A stretch of 13,990 nucleotides of DNA. It comes from Verrucomicrobiales bacterium. Its GTDB lineage: Bacteria; Verrucomicrobiota; Verrucomicrobiia; Verrucomicrobiales; SLCJ01. Made by a program: the position numbers and the translations under genes. Below are positions 1-9,416 of this stretch, piece by piece (position 1 is the first letter of the stretch; each line of letters opens with the position of its first letter). The notes under the pieces were generated by a model. It did no database searches. It worked only from the letters and a program-made list of their open reading frames with translations, and was not told where the DNA came from. The stretch is from positions 1 to 13,990 of the forward strand of contig JBJTQJ010000068.1 in NCBI GenBank assembly GCA_046075565.1, read 5' to 3'.

Positions 1-170
1 CGAGCGGAGAGAATGGCATCAACAAAACCTTCCCCGCCGTCGGCGATGGGACATTCGTCGACTTCCGCATCGGGAAACCTCCGGCGAATGCCACGGGAAA
101 TCGCATGACATGCCTGAGGGGCGGTCAAGGATCCTTTGAACTTGTCACTGGCAACGAGGAACCGTGGCAT
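1..170 (-). CDS. glxK: Glycerate kinase, N-terminal part (runs off the left edge)
   Basis: Manual translation from ATG at 170: MPRFLVASDKFKGSLTAPQACHAISRGIRRRFPDAEVDECPIADGGEGFVDAILSA. The DxFKGSL and PxADGGEG motifs are typical of GlxK/GarK. Not in the ORF track. Confidence 0.92.
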   Translation of the reverse strand, partial: MPRFLVASDKFKGSLTAPQACHAISRGIRRRFPDAEVDECPIADGGEGFVDAILSA

Positions 171-270
171 GGAGTGGACTTGCGCTCCGCATGTTGAAGG
201 AGTCCACCCGGTCTGGCAAGAGAATCTTGCCGAACCCTGTTAATTCTAAAACAGAGTAAATGCTATTTTG

Positions 271-1482
271 TTAGTTATTCGCTCTCCTCAATGGGCGGAC
301 CACGGAATCGAAGACTTTCCCATCCGCTGTCATGGCTTCGTAGCGGAACCCACCTTCAGTGAGCGTTACGAGGAAGAGGTGATTGGTGGCGGCCGCTTTG
401 ACCAACCAAGGTCGTTTGGCCAACTCCTTGGGAGGAGCTTCGCGGACGGCCACACCCCATGCGCCGTCTCCTAGGTATGGGATTCCCGCTTCGTCGTCGC
501 GTTTGCCACGCGTCATCGGGTAGGTGCGTTTGTAGCCGTGATGGTCGTTTTCGAAGACGACATCGACTTTTGCCTTTTCGAAGAGCGGACACCACTCCTT
601 CTGAATGTCGACGGCATCCTCTTTGATGCCACTTCCCCATGCGGGTCGATGGTAACCGACCATCAGGCGCGGGACAGCTTGTCTTTCCTTCAACGCGTTG
701 GCCAGCCATGCGGTTTGGGCAGAGATGTTGGCCGTATGTCCGGAATCCAGGAGGATGAAACTCAGGCTTTTTCCGAAATCGAGGGCTTGGTAATCGTGGG
801 CTGCGCCCGGCTTGAAGAGTGAATAATACATGTCGGCCTTGGACGGCGGCGGCGCGTCGGTCGGCTTGAAACCAGCTCCCTCGACCTCGTGATTCCCAAT
901 GGCCACAGTCATCGGAACGGCCCGGCCATCCGGTGTCACTGCGCACTTGGCCCAGGAATCGAGCCATTCCAACCAACGGGCGTCGTCCTTGTTGTTTGCA
1001 TAGGCCAAGTCGCCGACCAGGAGAGCGAAGACCGGGTCCAATTCCCCGGCCCGACGGTTCATCGCATCCAGGAGGTTCCGCTTATGAAACATGTCTCCCC
1101 CGGTGACAAAACGAAATCCCGGGCCCGGTTCGGCTGGTGCGGTGCGGAATTTGACCTTGGCGGACTCCTTTCCATTAGATAAAATCGAAATCGTGCAATC
1201 CATTTCAGGTGTCAGCCCAGTGAAGTCCACCGAATGAACCGCGTGTTTGCTCGAGCCGAGCGAACGAGTCATCGCTGGCACAGGGGCTAGAGCCGCCCCT
1301 ACCTTGGAAGAAGCAACGACCGAGAAGGCCTGTGGATTGGCCGCCCCTTCTTTCTCAAGCCAAAGAATAGTCGCCGAGGTCGCTGGTTCGGATTTCCATT
1401 GGACCATCGGACCCACCAATTCACCCGCTCCGGAGATGCGTACGAAGAGTGCCAAGGCGAAGAATATCAGCCATGCTTTCAT
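271..1482 (-). CDS. Secreted metallophosphoesterase (purple acid phosphatase-like, N-terminal FN3-like domain)
   Basis: Calcineurin-like motifs GD, GDLAY, GNHE, YH. The likely start is ATG 1482 (MKAWLIFFALALF, signal peptide); the longer ORF start overlaps mnmG. Confidence 0.85.
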   Translation of the reverse strand: MKAWLIFFALALFVRISGAGELVGPMVQWKSEPATSATILWLEKEGAANPQAFSVVASSKVGAALAPVPAMTRSLGSSKHAVHSVDFTGLTPEMDCTISILSNGKESAKVKFRTAPAEPGPGFRFVTGGDMFHKRNLLDAMNRRAGELDPVFALLVGDLAYANNKDDARWLEWLDSWAKCAVTPDGRAVPMTVAIGNHEVEGAGFKPTDAPPPSKADMYYSLFKPGAAHDYQALDFGKSLSFILLDSGHTANISAQTAWLANALKERQAVPRLMVGYHRPAWGSGIKEDAVDIQKEWCPLFEKAKVDVVFENDHHGYKRTYPMTRGKRDDEAGIPYLGDGAWGVAVREAPPKELAKRPWLVKAAATNHLFLVTLTEGGFRYEAMTADGKVFDSVVRPLRRANN

Positions 1483-1513
1483 GCCGACATCTTGTCGTGG
1501 ACACGCACTGCGG

Positions 1514-3391
1514 TCAAGGCTTTGTGGCTGAGGTCTCTCCCCTTTTGATCCAAACGGCCAATAGCGCCAAATCCGCTGGGGTGACTCCAAGGATTCTTCC
1601 CGCTTGGCCAAGGGTGGATGGACGCACGGCCTCAAGCTTTTGTCGCGCCTCGATTTTGAGTCCGCGAATCAGGGAGTAATCCATGGACTCTGGGATCGTC
1701 TTGTCCTCCTGCCGACCCAAGCGGGCCACCTGCTCGGCTTGGCGGCTCAGATAGCCTGCGTATTTGATGTCCGTCTCCAGAACGGGCCAGATTTCTTCCG
1801 ACACTTTAGCGCGCAGGTCCTCCGGCAGCATCCTCCAATCGTTTCCCGGTCGGCGCAGCCACTTTTCGACGGTCACGCCTTCGATTCTCTTCAGGCAGCA
1901 CCACTCCTGTCCTGCTTGGTGCTGCTGAATCTTTGCCTTCACCTTGGAGGCTCGGTAGTAGTCCACCAGTCCACGCTCCGCCGCCATTGGCGTGAGGCGC
2001 AGGTCGGCGTTGTCCTGCCGGAGCAAAAGCCGATGTTCGGCTCGGCTGGTGAAAAGCCGGTAGGGCTCTTGCACCCCTTTGGTCACGAGGTCGTCAATCA
2101 GGACCCCGAGATAGCCTTGGCCCCGCCCGAGCACAAATTCCCCTTCCCCTTTGATCCGGAAAGCGGCGTTGGCCCCGGCGATGAGTCCTTGCCCGGCCGC
2201 TTCTTCGTAACCGGAGGTTCCATTGATCTGCCCGGCAAAGTATAGTCCCGCGACTCGTTTGGTCTCGAGCGTCCGATTGAGCTGGGTCGGCGGACAGTAA
2301 TCGTATTCGACTGCGTATCCCGGTCGGATGATTTCCGCCTTCTCCAATCCGGGTATGGAGCGAATGAATTCCCACTGCACCTCGTAGGGCAAAGAAGTCG
2401 ATACCCCGTTCACGTAGAATTCACGGGTGTGGCGTCCTTCGGGTTCTAGGAAGACTTGGTGATGCCCCTTCTCGGCAAAGCGGACCACTTTGTCCTCGAT
2501 GGACGGGCAATAGCGGGGCCCGACCCCCTCAATGATCCCGGCATACATCGGGGATAGATGGAGGTTTTCGCGGATAATTTCGTGGGTTCGTTCCGTAGTT
2601 CCGGTAAGGAAGCAAGGAATTTGTTCCACGTGGAACATTCCATCCTTCCATCGGTTCAGCGTGAAGAGTTCATCATCCCCTTCCAAGAGCTCGGTGAAAT
2701 ACGAGAACCGGGGCGCGGGATCCTCACCCGGCTGGACTTCCATGGTCGAGAAGTCGATGGACCTCCCGTTGAGTCGGCATGGGGTGCCAGTCTTGAACCT
2801 GCGCACTTCAAAACCTAGTTTTATGAGGGAATCGCTGAGCGTGGAGATGCCGTCCCCCATTCGGCCGCCGGCCTGGTTCCGATGGCCGACATGAAGAAGC
2901 CCGCGCATGAAAGTTCCGGCGCTCACCACCACGGCCTTGCAGCGTAGGATCATGCCGAGGGATGTTTGGATACCGGTGATGGCATCGTCCTTCACCAAGA
3001 TCTCCGCGGCATTGGCTTGGTGGAGATCGAGATTTGGTGCCGACTCGAGGATCCACTTCATGCGGAATTGGTAGGCCTTCTTGTCAGCCTGCGCTCGGGG
3101 CGCCCGGACACTCGGTCCTTTGGCGGCGTTAAGCAGTCGGAATTGGATTCCTGTGGCATCGGTGTTTAACCCCATGGCTCCGCCGAGCGCATCGATTTCC
3201 CGGACCAAATGCCCTTTGGCCAATCCACCGATTGCCGGGTTGCAGGACATCTGGGCAATGGTGTCTAGGTTCTGCGTGAGTAGCGCAACTCGGCAACCAA
3301 GGCGGCTGGCCGCCAACGCCGCCTCGACACCGGCATGACCGGCACCCAATACGACGACATCATAGATTTCCGGGTGTTCGAAGGAAGACAT
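1514..3391 (-). CDS. mnmG: tRNA uridine-5-carboxymethylaminomethyl(34) synthesis enzyme MnmG (GidA)
   Basis: GAGHAGxEAA FAD motif, [48 protein letters not shown]. Start taken at ATG 3391 ([14 protein letters not shown]). Confidence 0.98.
   Translation of the reverse strand: MSSFEHPEIYDVVVLGAGHAGVEAALAASRLGCRVALLTQNLDTIAQMSCNPAIGGLAKGHLVREIDALGGAMGLNTDATGIQFRLLNAAKGPSVRAPRAQADKKAYQFRMKWILESAPNLDLHQANAAEILVKDDAITGIQTSLGMILRCKAVVVSAGTFMRGLLHVGHRNQAGGRMGDGISTLSDSLIKLGFEVRRFKTGTPCRLNGRSIDFSTMEVQPGEDPAPRFSYFTELLEGDDELFTLNRWKDGMFHVEQIPCFLTGTTERTHEIIRENLHLSPMYAGIIEGVGPRYCPSIEDKVVRFAEKGHHQVFLEPEGRHTREFYVNGVSTSLPYEVQWEFIRSIPGLEKAEIIRPGYAVEYDYCPPTQLNRTLETKRVAGLYFAGQINGTSGYEEAAGQGLIAGANAAFRIKGEGEFVLGRGQGYLGVLIDDLVTKGVQEPYRLFTSRAEHRLLLRQDNADLRLTPMAAERGLVDYYRASKVKAKIQQHQAGQEWCCLKRIEGVTVEKWLRRPGNDWRMLPEDLRAKVSEEIWPVLETDIKYAGYLSRQAEQVARLGRQEDKTIPESMDYSLIRGLKIEARQKLEAVRPSTLGQAGRILGVTPADLALLAVWIKRGETSATKP
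2622..2637. promoter_or_regulatory. parS site (ParB-loading centromere-like site) inside mnmG
   Basis: Perfect 16-bp palindrome TGTTCCACGTGGAACA matching the widespread chromosomal parS consensus. Confidence 0.88.
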
Positions 3392-3469
3392 GAAGAGGGT
3401 GCAAAGATAGCGGAAATCCCACGCCACGAAAGGAAATTCCCAAACAGGGAGAACCGGGGGAAAGTTAAA

Positions 3470-3485
3470 TGTTCCACGTGGAACA
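3470..3485. promoter_or_regulatory. parS site upstream of mnmG
   Basis: Second identical copy of TGTTCCACGTGGAACA, in the divergent intergenic region. Confidence 0.9.
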
Positions 3486-3510
3486 AACCAAAGAAAAACC
3501 GAATATCAAC

Positions 3511-3532
3511 AAATACCAACCGGTTGGTGTTT
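3511..3532. promoter_or_regulatory. Palindromic operator candidate
   Basis: AAATACCAACCGGTTGGTGTTT with a perfect 14-bp core (ACCAACCGGTTGGT, 3515-3528), between divergent genes and 45 bp upstream of the DUF3147 gene. Confidence 0.4.
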
Positions 3533-3576
3533 AGGAAAGAAGTTGAAGAGGGCGAGGATTTCCCGAATCAGTAAAT

Positions 3577-3930
3577 ATGTCTCTGCTTCTAACCAAATAC
3601 GCGGTCACCGCCTTTGTCATTGTCCTCGTCTCAGAACTCGCCAAACGTATGGACCGGCTCGGAGCCCTCATTTCTTCCCTTCCCTTCGTGACCGTGCTCG
3701 TCATGATTTGGTTGCACCTCGAAAAACAACCCGTCACGAAAATCACCAATCATGCCTGGTATACCTTCTGGTATGTGCTCCCGACCCTGCCGATGTTTCT
3801 GCTCATGCCATGGATAATGAATCGTGGTCACGGATTCTGGCCCGCCCTCGGCGCCGGCGCCGGATGCACCTTTGTTTGTTTCGCCATCACCGCCTTGGTC
3901 ATGAAACGATTCGGTGTCGTGCTATGGTAA
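3577..3930 (+). CDS. DUF3147-family membrane protein
   Basis: 117 aa, hydrophobic, with family-like motifs VSELAKR..GALISSLP and TFWYVLPTLPMFL. Confidence 0.85.
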   Translation: MSLLLTKYAVTAFVIVLVSELAKRMDRLGALISSLPFVTVLVMIWLHLEKQPVTKITNHAWYTFWYVLPTLPMFLLMPWIMNRGHGFWPALGAGAGCTFVCFAITALVMKRFGVVLW

Positions 3931-3936
3931 GCACCC

Positions 3937-5481
3937 ATGGCAGAACCCGACCCCCTCACTGAACGAAAAACCGACCTGCAAGCCTTGCTGGTTTCGTTGG
4001 AACATGTCGCGGAGACCCGCCACCTGCTCGCCACCCTCGAACCGGACGAACGCCAACGTTTGATTCAGGCGGCGGGAAAGATCTTCTGCCCCGATACCAG
4101 CCAGCGACGTCAACTCACCCGCGCGCGGAATAAACAACGCAAAGAAGAAAGCGCCCGGAAAGAAACGAGCGCACTGAATGAAACCGGAATCCGCAAACTT
4201 CGAGCCCAACCGGTTTTCACCACTCCGAATTACTACCCGCCCGCATTGCCGGAGGATGATTTCGAGGACAATCACGAGGACGACCGGCCGCTTCTCGCGA
4301 CTGAAGCGAGGAATTGTTACGTCTGCAAAAAGGACTACACCGAACTCCATCACTTTTATGATCAGCTTTGTCCGGAATGTGCCGAGTTCAATTTCCGCAA
4401 ACGCACGGAGACCGCGGATCTGCGCGGACGCGTCGCCTTGCTCACCGGTGGGCGGGTGAAAATCGGATATCAGGCGGGCATCAAGTTGCTCCGTTGCGGC
4501 GCGCGCCTCATTGTCACCACGAGGTTCCCTCGCGACTCCGCCAAACGTTATGCGGCGGAACCGGATTACCAAGCGTGGGCCGACCGCTTGGAAATCCATG
4601 GACTCGACCTGCGCCACACGCCCAGTGTCGAAGCTTTTTGCCGACACCTGCTCGGCACCCTGGATCGCCTGGACTTCATCATCAACAACGCCTGCCAGAC
4701 CGTGCGGCGTCCTCCGGCCTTCTATGCGCACATGATGGAGGAAGAGCAGGAGAGTCTAACAAACATGAGTGAGTCGTCGAAGAAGCTGCTAGGCGCTTAC
4801 GAGGGAGCGCGTGGATATGCCATGTTGCCTGAAGGCACGGAGTCGCCGGCCGTACGCGATGCTTCCTCCGCCGGTTGGACCCATGCCGCCGCCCTTTCCC
4901 AGGTCGCGCTCTTGCCCGGCGAGGAAACCACTCCGTCCCTGCTCTTTCCGGAAGGACGACTGGATCAGGATTTTCAGCAGGTCGATCTGCGCGATCACAA
5001 TTCATGGCGTTTCACCATGGCCGAGGTTCCGACCGTCGAGCTGCTGGAAACGCAACTTGTCAATGCCGTCGCGCCCTTCCTGCTCAACGCCCGCCTCAAG
5101 CCCCTCCTGCTGCGCACTCCCGGCCGGGACAAACACGTGGTCAATGTCTCCGCCGTCGAAGGTCAGTTCTACCGCAAGTTCAAGACCACCCGCCATCCTC
5201 ACACCAATATGGCAAAAGCGGCGCTCAATATGATGACGCGCACCTCTGCCGCCGATTATCACGCGGATGGGATCCACATGAACAGCGTGGATACCGGTTG
5301 GGTCACCGACGAGGACCCCGCCCACATCGCGGAACGCAAACAAGCCGAACACGGATTCCACCCGCCGCTCGATATTGTTGATGGAGCCGCCCGCATCGTC
5401 GATCCCATCATCGATGGCATCAATACCGGCAACCACATCTGGGGCAAGTTCCTCAAGGACTACCGCCCGGTGGACTGGTGA
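3937..5481 (+). CDS. SDR-family NAD(P)-dependent oxidoreductase with N-terminal CxxC..CxxC extension
   Basis: TGGRVKIG Rossmann variant, INNA, VNVSA, TNMAK and NSVDTGWV; CYVC and CPEC upstream; 6-bp gap from the DUF3147 gene. Confidence 0.88.
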   Translation: MAEPDPLTERKTDLQALLVSLEHVAETRHLLATLEPDERQRLIQAAGKIFCPDTSQRRQLTRARNKQRKEESARKETSALNETGIRKLRAQPVFTTPNYYPPALPEDDFEDNHEDDRPLLATEARNCYVCKKDYTELHHFYDQLCPECAEFNFRKRTETADLRGRVALLTGGRVKIGYQAGIKLLRCGARLIVTTRFPRDSAKRYAAEPDYQAWADRLEIHGLDLRHTPSVEAFCRHLLGTLDRLDFIINNACQTVRRPPAFYAHMMEEEQESLTNMSESSKKLLGAYEGARGYAMLPEGTESPAVRDASSAGWTHAAALSQVALLPGEETTPSLLFPEGRLDQDFQQVDLRDHNSWRFTMAEVPTVELLETQLVNAVAPFLLNARLKPLLLRTPGRDKHVVNVSAVEGQFYRKFKTTRHPHTNMAKAALNMMTRTSAADYHADGIHMNSVDTGWVTDEDPAHIAERKQAEHGFHPPLDIVDGAARIVDPIIDGINTGNHIWGKFLKDYRPVDW

Positions 5482-5489
5482 AAGGGCGC

Positions 5490-5882
5490 TCAGGCTTCGG
5501 TGGAACGAAGCACCACACGCTTTACGCCATCGCGCAGATCGGCCACATCGAAATTGAAGAGGAATCCCGATGGAAAACCTCCGTGGCGTAGATAGCTGGT
5601 GAGCCGCTCCTTGTGCACGGTCTCAAATCCCGATGGCAATGAGTGGACAAGGACGACAAGACGCTTTTCGACGAGGAAGTCAATGTGAGCACAGGTCTCC
5701 AGCTTCTCCCCCTTGTAGGTGAGAGAAAGGGGAACGTTCGTCTGGAAGAAGATTTCCCTGAGCCGTAGTTCCCTCGCCAGCGCGGCGCGATAGGCAAAAT
5801 CTTCCCAACCAGGCCCGAGCTCGCGATGCACTTCCATACACGCGCCCATGACAATATGCGGGAGTTCTTTGGCTTCGATCAT
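5490..5882 (-). CDS. GxxExxY-family protein (PD-(D/E)XK fold), degenerate motifs
   Basis: MIEAKELPHIVMGACMEVHRELGPGWEDFAY...IDFLVE...SYLR..GFLFNF..GVKRVV. ATG 5882 overlaps the upstream stop (ATGA). Confidence 0.85.
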   Translation of the reverse strand: MIEAKELPHIVMGACMEVHRELGPGWEDFAYRAALARELRLREIFFQTNVPLSLTYKGEKLETCAHIDFLVEKRLVVLVHSLPSGFETVHKERLTSYLRHGGFPSGFLFNFDVADLRDGVKRVVLRSTEA

Positions 5883-6340
5883 GGTGTGGAGACGGGAAGT
5901 TCGGGTGCCGCTACCGGAGCGACGGGAGCGGATACGGGCAAGCTTGTGCGGAATAGACTCCAGAAAGAATCGTCGATGATTCCGGCGAGTTCGCGGGTGG
6001 TGTCCGGCGGGACGATGGGGCGTCCCTGAAATGGCACCGGCGCGAAGACATGGCCGAAAGGATCGACACCTTCTTCGCGAATGCGCTGGTATTTTTCGCG
6101 GACCAATGGTCGAAATTCTTCCGCATCCCATACCCCATCGTCGGGCGCTTTCCCCGCCGCCTCGGCCTCGCGGATGGCGCGGTCGATTTCCTCTAGGTCG
6201 TTTTTCAAAGCGCGGGCTTTGTCCACCAACGGTGCCCGTTTGGCCCCGGCCGCGAGGAGGTAGCCGAAGGATGCGACCAGCACGAGAATGGCAAACCATT
6301 CCCATATGGTCATCGCGCGGCTGGTGTAGGAAAATCGCAT
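5879..6340 (-). CDS. Divergent type IV pilin/pseudopilin-like protein
   Basis: MRFSYTSRA|MTIWEWFAILVLV resembles a class III signal: short basic leader, Glu at +5, hydrophobic helix. It is followed by an NDLxxIDxAI helix and DPFG. Alternative start at ATG 6313. Confidence 0.6.
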   Translation of the reverse strand: MRFSYTSRAMTIWEWFAILVLVASFGYLLAAGAKRAPLVDKARALKNDLEEIDRAIREAEAAGKAPDDGVWDAEEFRPLVREKYQRIREEGVDPFGHVFAPVPFQGRPIVPPDTTRELAGIIDDSFWSLFRTSLPVSAPVAPVAAPELPVSTP

Positions 6341-6425
6341 CCCGGAGAAGCACAATCTAACCGCGTCGGCCAGCCGCGCCAGCCGATTTCCCGAGCTGAA
6401 CCATCAACCTAAATTCTGACATGAG

Positions 6426-6585
6426 AACCACCGATTGCGCAGATAACACAGATAATGAGGAGCTTATGAATGAAATGCCACTCACCCACAGGGTTGAATA
6501 TGCTTTCCATGCAGTGCTTTGAAATCCGTGCCCATCTGTTTGCCCTTCATAGCCCGCAGGGCGGCGTAGGGTGTAATCCGTGGTT
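6426..6585. repeat. MITE-like element with tandem CAC(G/A)GAT / ATC(C/T)GTG inverted arms
   Basis: Left arm AACCACCGATTGCGCAGATAACACAGAT; right arm ATCCGTGCCCATCTGT...GTGTAATCCGTGGTT. Same family as 9679-9799. Confidence 0.7.
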
Positions 6586-6603
6586 TTCCTTTCCTTTTAA
6601 GCA

Positions 6604-7479
6604 TCAAGGGTCAACCTGGAAATCGAGGCCGATGTCCAGAGCCGTAGCCGAATGGGTGAGCGCACCCACGGAAATGAAATCCACGCCCGTGGCGGCAATG
6701 GCCGGAAGGGAATCCAAAGTCACCCCGCCACTTGCCTCCAGAGGAACCTTGCCCCCAGCCATGGCGACCGCCAAAACCAACCGTTCGGTCGGCATGTTGT
6801 CCAGAAGGATGCGATCCACACCCTCCAGCGCAAGAAATCCGCTCACCTGCTCCAGCGTGTCGGCTTCCAGCTCGACCCAGGCATCAGGAAAATCGCGCTT
6901 CAGTTGCAGGATCGCCTGTTGCAAGTCGGTGCCCGTCAGCCCGCAGGCGAGGTGGTTGTCCTTCACCATGGCCGCATCATAGAGGCCCATGCGATGATTC
7001 TGACCTCCCCCGCAGCGCACCGCATACTTCTCCAGCATCCGCCAACCCGGCGTGGTTTTGCGTGTGTCCAGGATGACCGCTTTTGTTCCGGCCACCGCGT
7101 CCACATGCCGCCGCGTGAGAGTCGCGATGCCACAGAGGCGCTGGAGGTAGTTGAGCAAGGTCCGCTCGGCGGTCACCAACGAGCGCACCGGACCAACCAT
7201 CCGCGCCAAAGGCGCTCCGGCGGAAAAAACTTCACCTTCCCCGAGTTCCGCCGTCCAGCGCAAAGCTTCATCCACCTGCCGACAAACCTCCTCCGCGACC
7301 ACCGAACCACAGAAAACCCCCGGAACACGCGCGACCACCCGCGCCGTGGCCGATTTCCCCTCCGGGAGAAAATACCGCGCAGTCAGATCTCCGCGGTCGC
7401 CGAGGTCCTCGGCCAAGGCGGCCGCGACATGCGCGCGAATCAACTGGCCGCATTCCGGAAGAGGGGCAGGGGACGACAT
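6604..7479 (-). CDS. nadC: Nicotinate-nucleotide diphosphorylase (carboxylating), quinolinate phosphoribosyltransferase
   Basis: ALAEDLG..GDLT, AERTLLN, DTRKTTPG, NHRMGL, KDNH, LLDNM, EASGGV, DFISVGALTHS. Confidence 0.97.
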   Translation of the reverse strand: MSSPAPLPECGQLIRAHVAAALAEDLGDRGDLTARYFLPEGKSATARVVARVPGVFCGSVVAEEVCRQVDEALRWTAELGEGEVFSAGAPLARMVGPVRSLVTAERTLLNYLQRLCGIATLTRRHVDAVAGTKAVILDTRKTTPGWRMLEKYAVRCGGGQNHRMGLYDAAMVKDNHLACGLTGTDLQQAILQLKRDFPDAWVELEADTLEQVSGFLALEGVDRILLDNMPTERLVLAVAMAGGKVPLEASGGVTLDSLPAIAATGVDFISVGALTHSATALDIGLDFQVDP

Positions 7480-7556
7480 GCATACAATTTCGCCACTCCT
7501 TGCCCACCCGCAAGCTCCGGGAAAGACCATTGGGGCCTGCACCGTAGTTTCCGCGC

Positions 7557-9383
7557 ATGAATTCCCCGTTTTCCATTCGCGGTCTCTTCGCCCTCATCCT
7601 CTCTGGGATGATGGCCGTGGGTTCCGCCACTCCCGCGCTCGCCGAATCGGCGGCGGAGCGCGATGCCCGCATGGCCTGGTTCCGCGAGGCGCGTTTCGGC
7701 ATGTTCATCCACTGGGGGCTCTACGCCATCCCGGCCGGAGATTGGAATGGATTCAAGTCCGAAAACAATGCCGAGTGGATCCAATCGCAAGCCAAGGTCC
7801 CGGCTGCTGAATACGCGAAATTAAAAGAAAAGTTTAATCCAGTTAAATACAATCCAGAAGCTTGGGTGAGCCTCGCCAAGCACGCCGGGATGAAATACAT
7901 CGTCATCACCAGCAAACACCACGATGGCTTTTGTCTCTGGGATTCCGCGCACACCGACTTCGATGTCGCCTCCTCGCCCTACGGCAAGGATCTTCTCAAG
8001 CCACTCGCCGAAGCCTGTCAGCGCCATGGCATCCGACTTTGTTTCTACCACTCCATCATGGATTGGCACCATCCTGATTACGGAAACAAAGAGGCATGGA
8101 GGGGCAATGCGGAGAATCCGCAACGCGACATGGATAAATACACCGCCTACATGAAATCCCAACTCGATGAGTTGCTCACCGGCTACGGACCAATCGGCAT
8201 CGCCTGGTTCGATGGGGAGTGGGAATCATCGTGGACGCACGAGCGAGGAAAGGATCTCTACGGCCACCTGCGCTCCCGCTATCCCGCCCTTATCATCAAC
8301 AATCGCGTGGACAAAGGCCGCAAAGGGATGCAGGGCATGACGCAGGCGGATCACTTCAAAGGCGATTACGGCACCCCCGAGCAAGAAATTCCCGCCAATG
8401 GTTTGCCCGGCGTCGATTGGGAGTCATGTATGACCATGAACGACACATGGGGATTCTCCGCCCACGACAAGAAATGGAAAGACACGGATACCATCGTCCG
8501 CAATCTCATCGACATCACCTCCAAAGGTGGCAACTACCTTCTCAATATTGGGCCGACCGCCGAAGGCGAGATCCCCATGCCGAGTTTGCAATGCCTGCAG
8601 GAACTTGGCGAATGGATGAAGGTAAACTCCGAATCCATTCACGGAACCCTCGCGTCCCCCTTCTCGGGCTCCTTCAAATGGGGGCGTTGCACGCGCCGCG
8701 TCCTGCCCGATGGGAACACGCGCCTCTATCTTCACGTTTTCGACTGGCCGGCCGACAAACGACTCGAATTGCCCGGGGTCTCCAATGACGTCATCCGCGC
8801 CGCCCACCTCGCCGCGGCCGACAAGGTTGTCCCCACCAACCGGGAGAATGGCAAACTCGTATTGACCCTGCCCGAACAGGCCTCATCTCGCCACGCCACC
8901 GTGATCACCCTCGACCTCGTCGGCGCCGCCAACATCCAACCACTGGCCATCCGCCCCGGAACCGACGGCGTGCTCCAGCTCAATGCCGAGGATGCCAAAC
9001 TCGATGGCAATACCCTTCGCATCGAAACCCGGGGCAAAGAATCCAACATCGGCTTCTGGAGCAACCCCGCCGAAACCATCGCTTTCCCCGTCTATTTCGA
9101 AAAAGGTGGACCCCATGCCGTGGTTTTTCGCTGGTCTTGCCCTGACGCTTCCGCGGGCAGCTCCATCGAAGTCCGCTTGCTCGACAAGGACAAACAAACC
9201 GTCTCCTCGCTGCCGTGGAAGGTCGCAGCTACAGGGGGCTGGCAAAACTACAAAACCGAGCCCATCGGAGTCCTCGCCGTGCCCGCCGCCGGCACCTACA
9301 CACTCAAACTCGTCGCCCTCGACAAAAAAGGCGAGGGAGTGCTCAACTTCGCCACCGCGCGGCTACAGCCCGCCGAGCATTGA
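7557..9383 (+). CDS. Secreted alpha-L-fucosidase (GH29) with C-terminal carbohydrate-binding-like beta-sandwich domain
   Basis: Signal peptide; WFREARFGMFIHWG, TSKHHDGF, WFDGEW (nucleophile Asp), INNR, WESCMT, GGNYLLNIGP. The C-terminal ~140 aa is CBM6/35-like (ATGGWQNY). Confidence 0.94.
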   Translation: MNSPFSIRGLFALILSGMMAVGSATPALAESAAERDARMAWFREARFGMFIHWGLYAIPAGDWNGFKSENNAEWIQSQAKVPAAEYAKLKEKFNPVKYNPEAWVSLAKHAGMKYIVITSKHHDGFCLWDSAHTDFDVASSPYGKDLLKPLAEACQRHGIRLCFYHSIMDWHHPDYGNKEAWRGNAENPQRDMDKYTAYMKSQLDELLTGYGPIGIAWFDGEWESSWTHERGKDLYGHLRSRYPALIINNRVDKGRKGMQGMTQADHFKGDYGTPEQEIPANGLPGVDWESCMTMNDTWGFSAHDKKWKDTDTIVRNLIDITSKGGNYLLNIGPTAEGEIPMPSLQCLQELGEWMKVNSESIHGTLASPFSGSFKWGRCTRRVLPDGNTRLYLHVFDWPADKRLELPGVSNDVIRAAHLAAADKVVPTNRENGKLVLTLPEQASSRHATVITLDLVGAANIQPLAIRPGTDGVLQLNAEDAKLDGNTLRIETRGKESNIGFWSNPAETIAFPVYFEKGGPHAVVFRWSCPDASAGSSIEVRLLDKDKQTVSSLPWKVAATGGWQNYKTEPIGVLAVPAAGTYTLKLVALDKKGEGVLNFATARLQPAEH

Positions 9384-9416
9384 GCAGAGCATTGAGCCGG
9401 GCAGCAGTAGGGGAGT

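Noticed and set aside
174-231. Short inverted repeats (GTGGACT/AGTCCAC; GGCAAGA-GAA-TCTTGCC at 215-231) as terminator or riboswitch
   Set aside because: The stems are only 7 bp, with no U-tract and no recognisable RNA family.
2622-3485. TGTTC...GAACA palindromes as Verrucomicrobia-type LexA boxes (TGTTC-N4-GAACA)
   Set aside because: The spacer is 6 bp (CACGTG) and the full 16-mer fits parS. I also saw no such LexA box near intI by eye.
3392-3576. oriC next to mnmG
   Set aside because: No cluster of DnaA boxes (TTATCCACA-like) and no clear AT-rich unwinding element is visible.
5883-6353. 287-aa N-terminally extended GxxExxY ORF (5490-6353)
   Set aside because: The extension is an Arg-rich off-frame reading of the pilin-like gene; the ATGA overlap supports a start at 5882.
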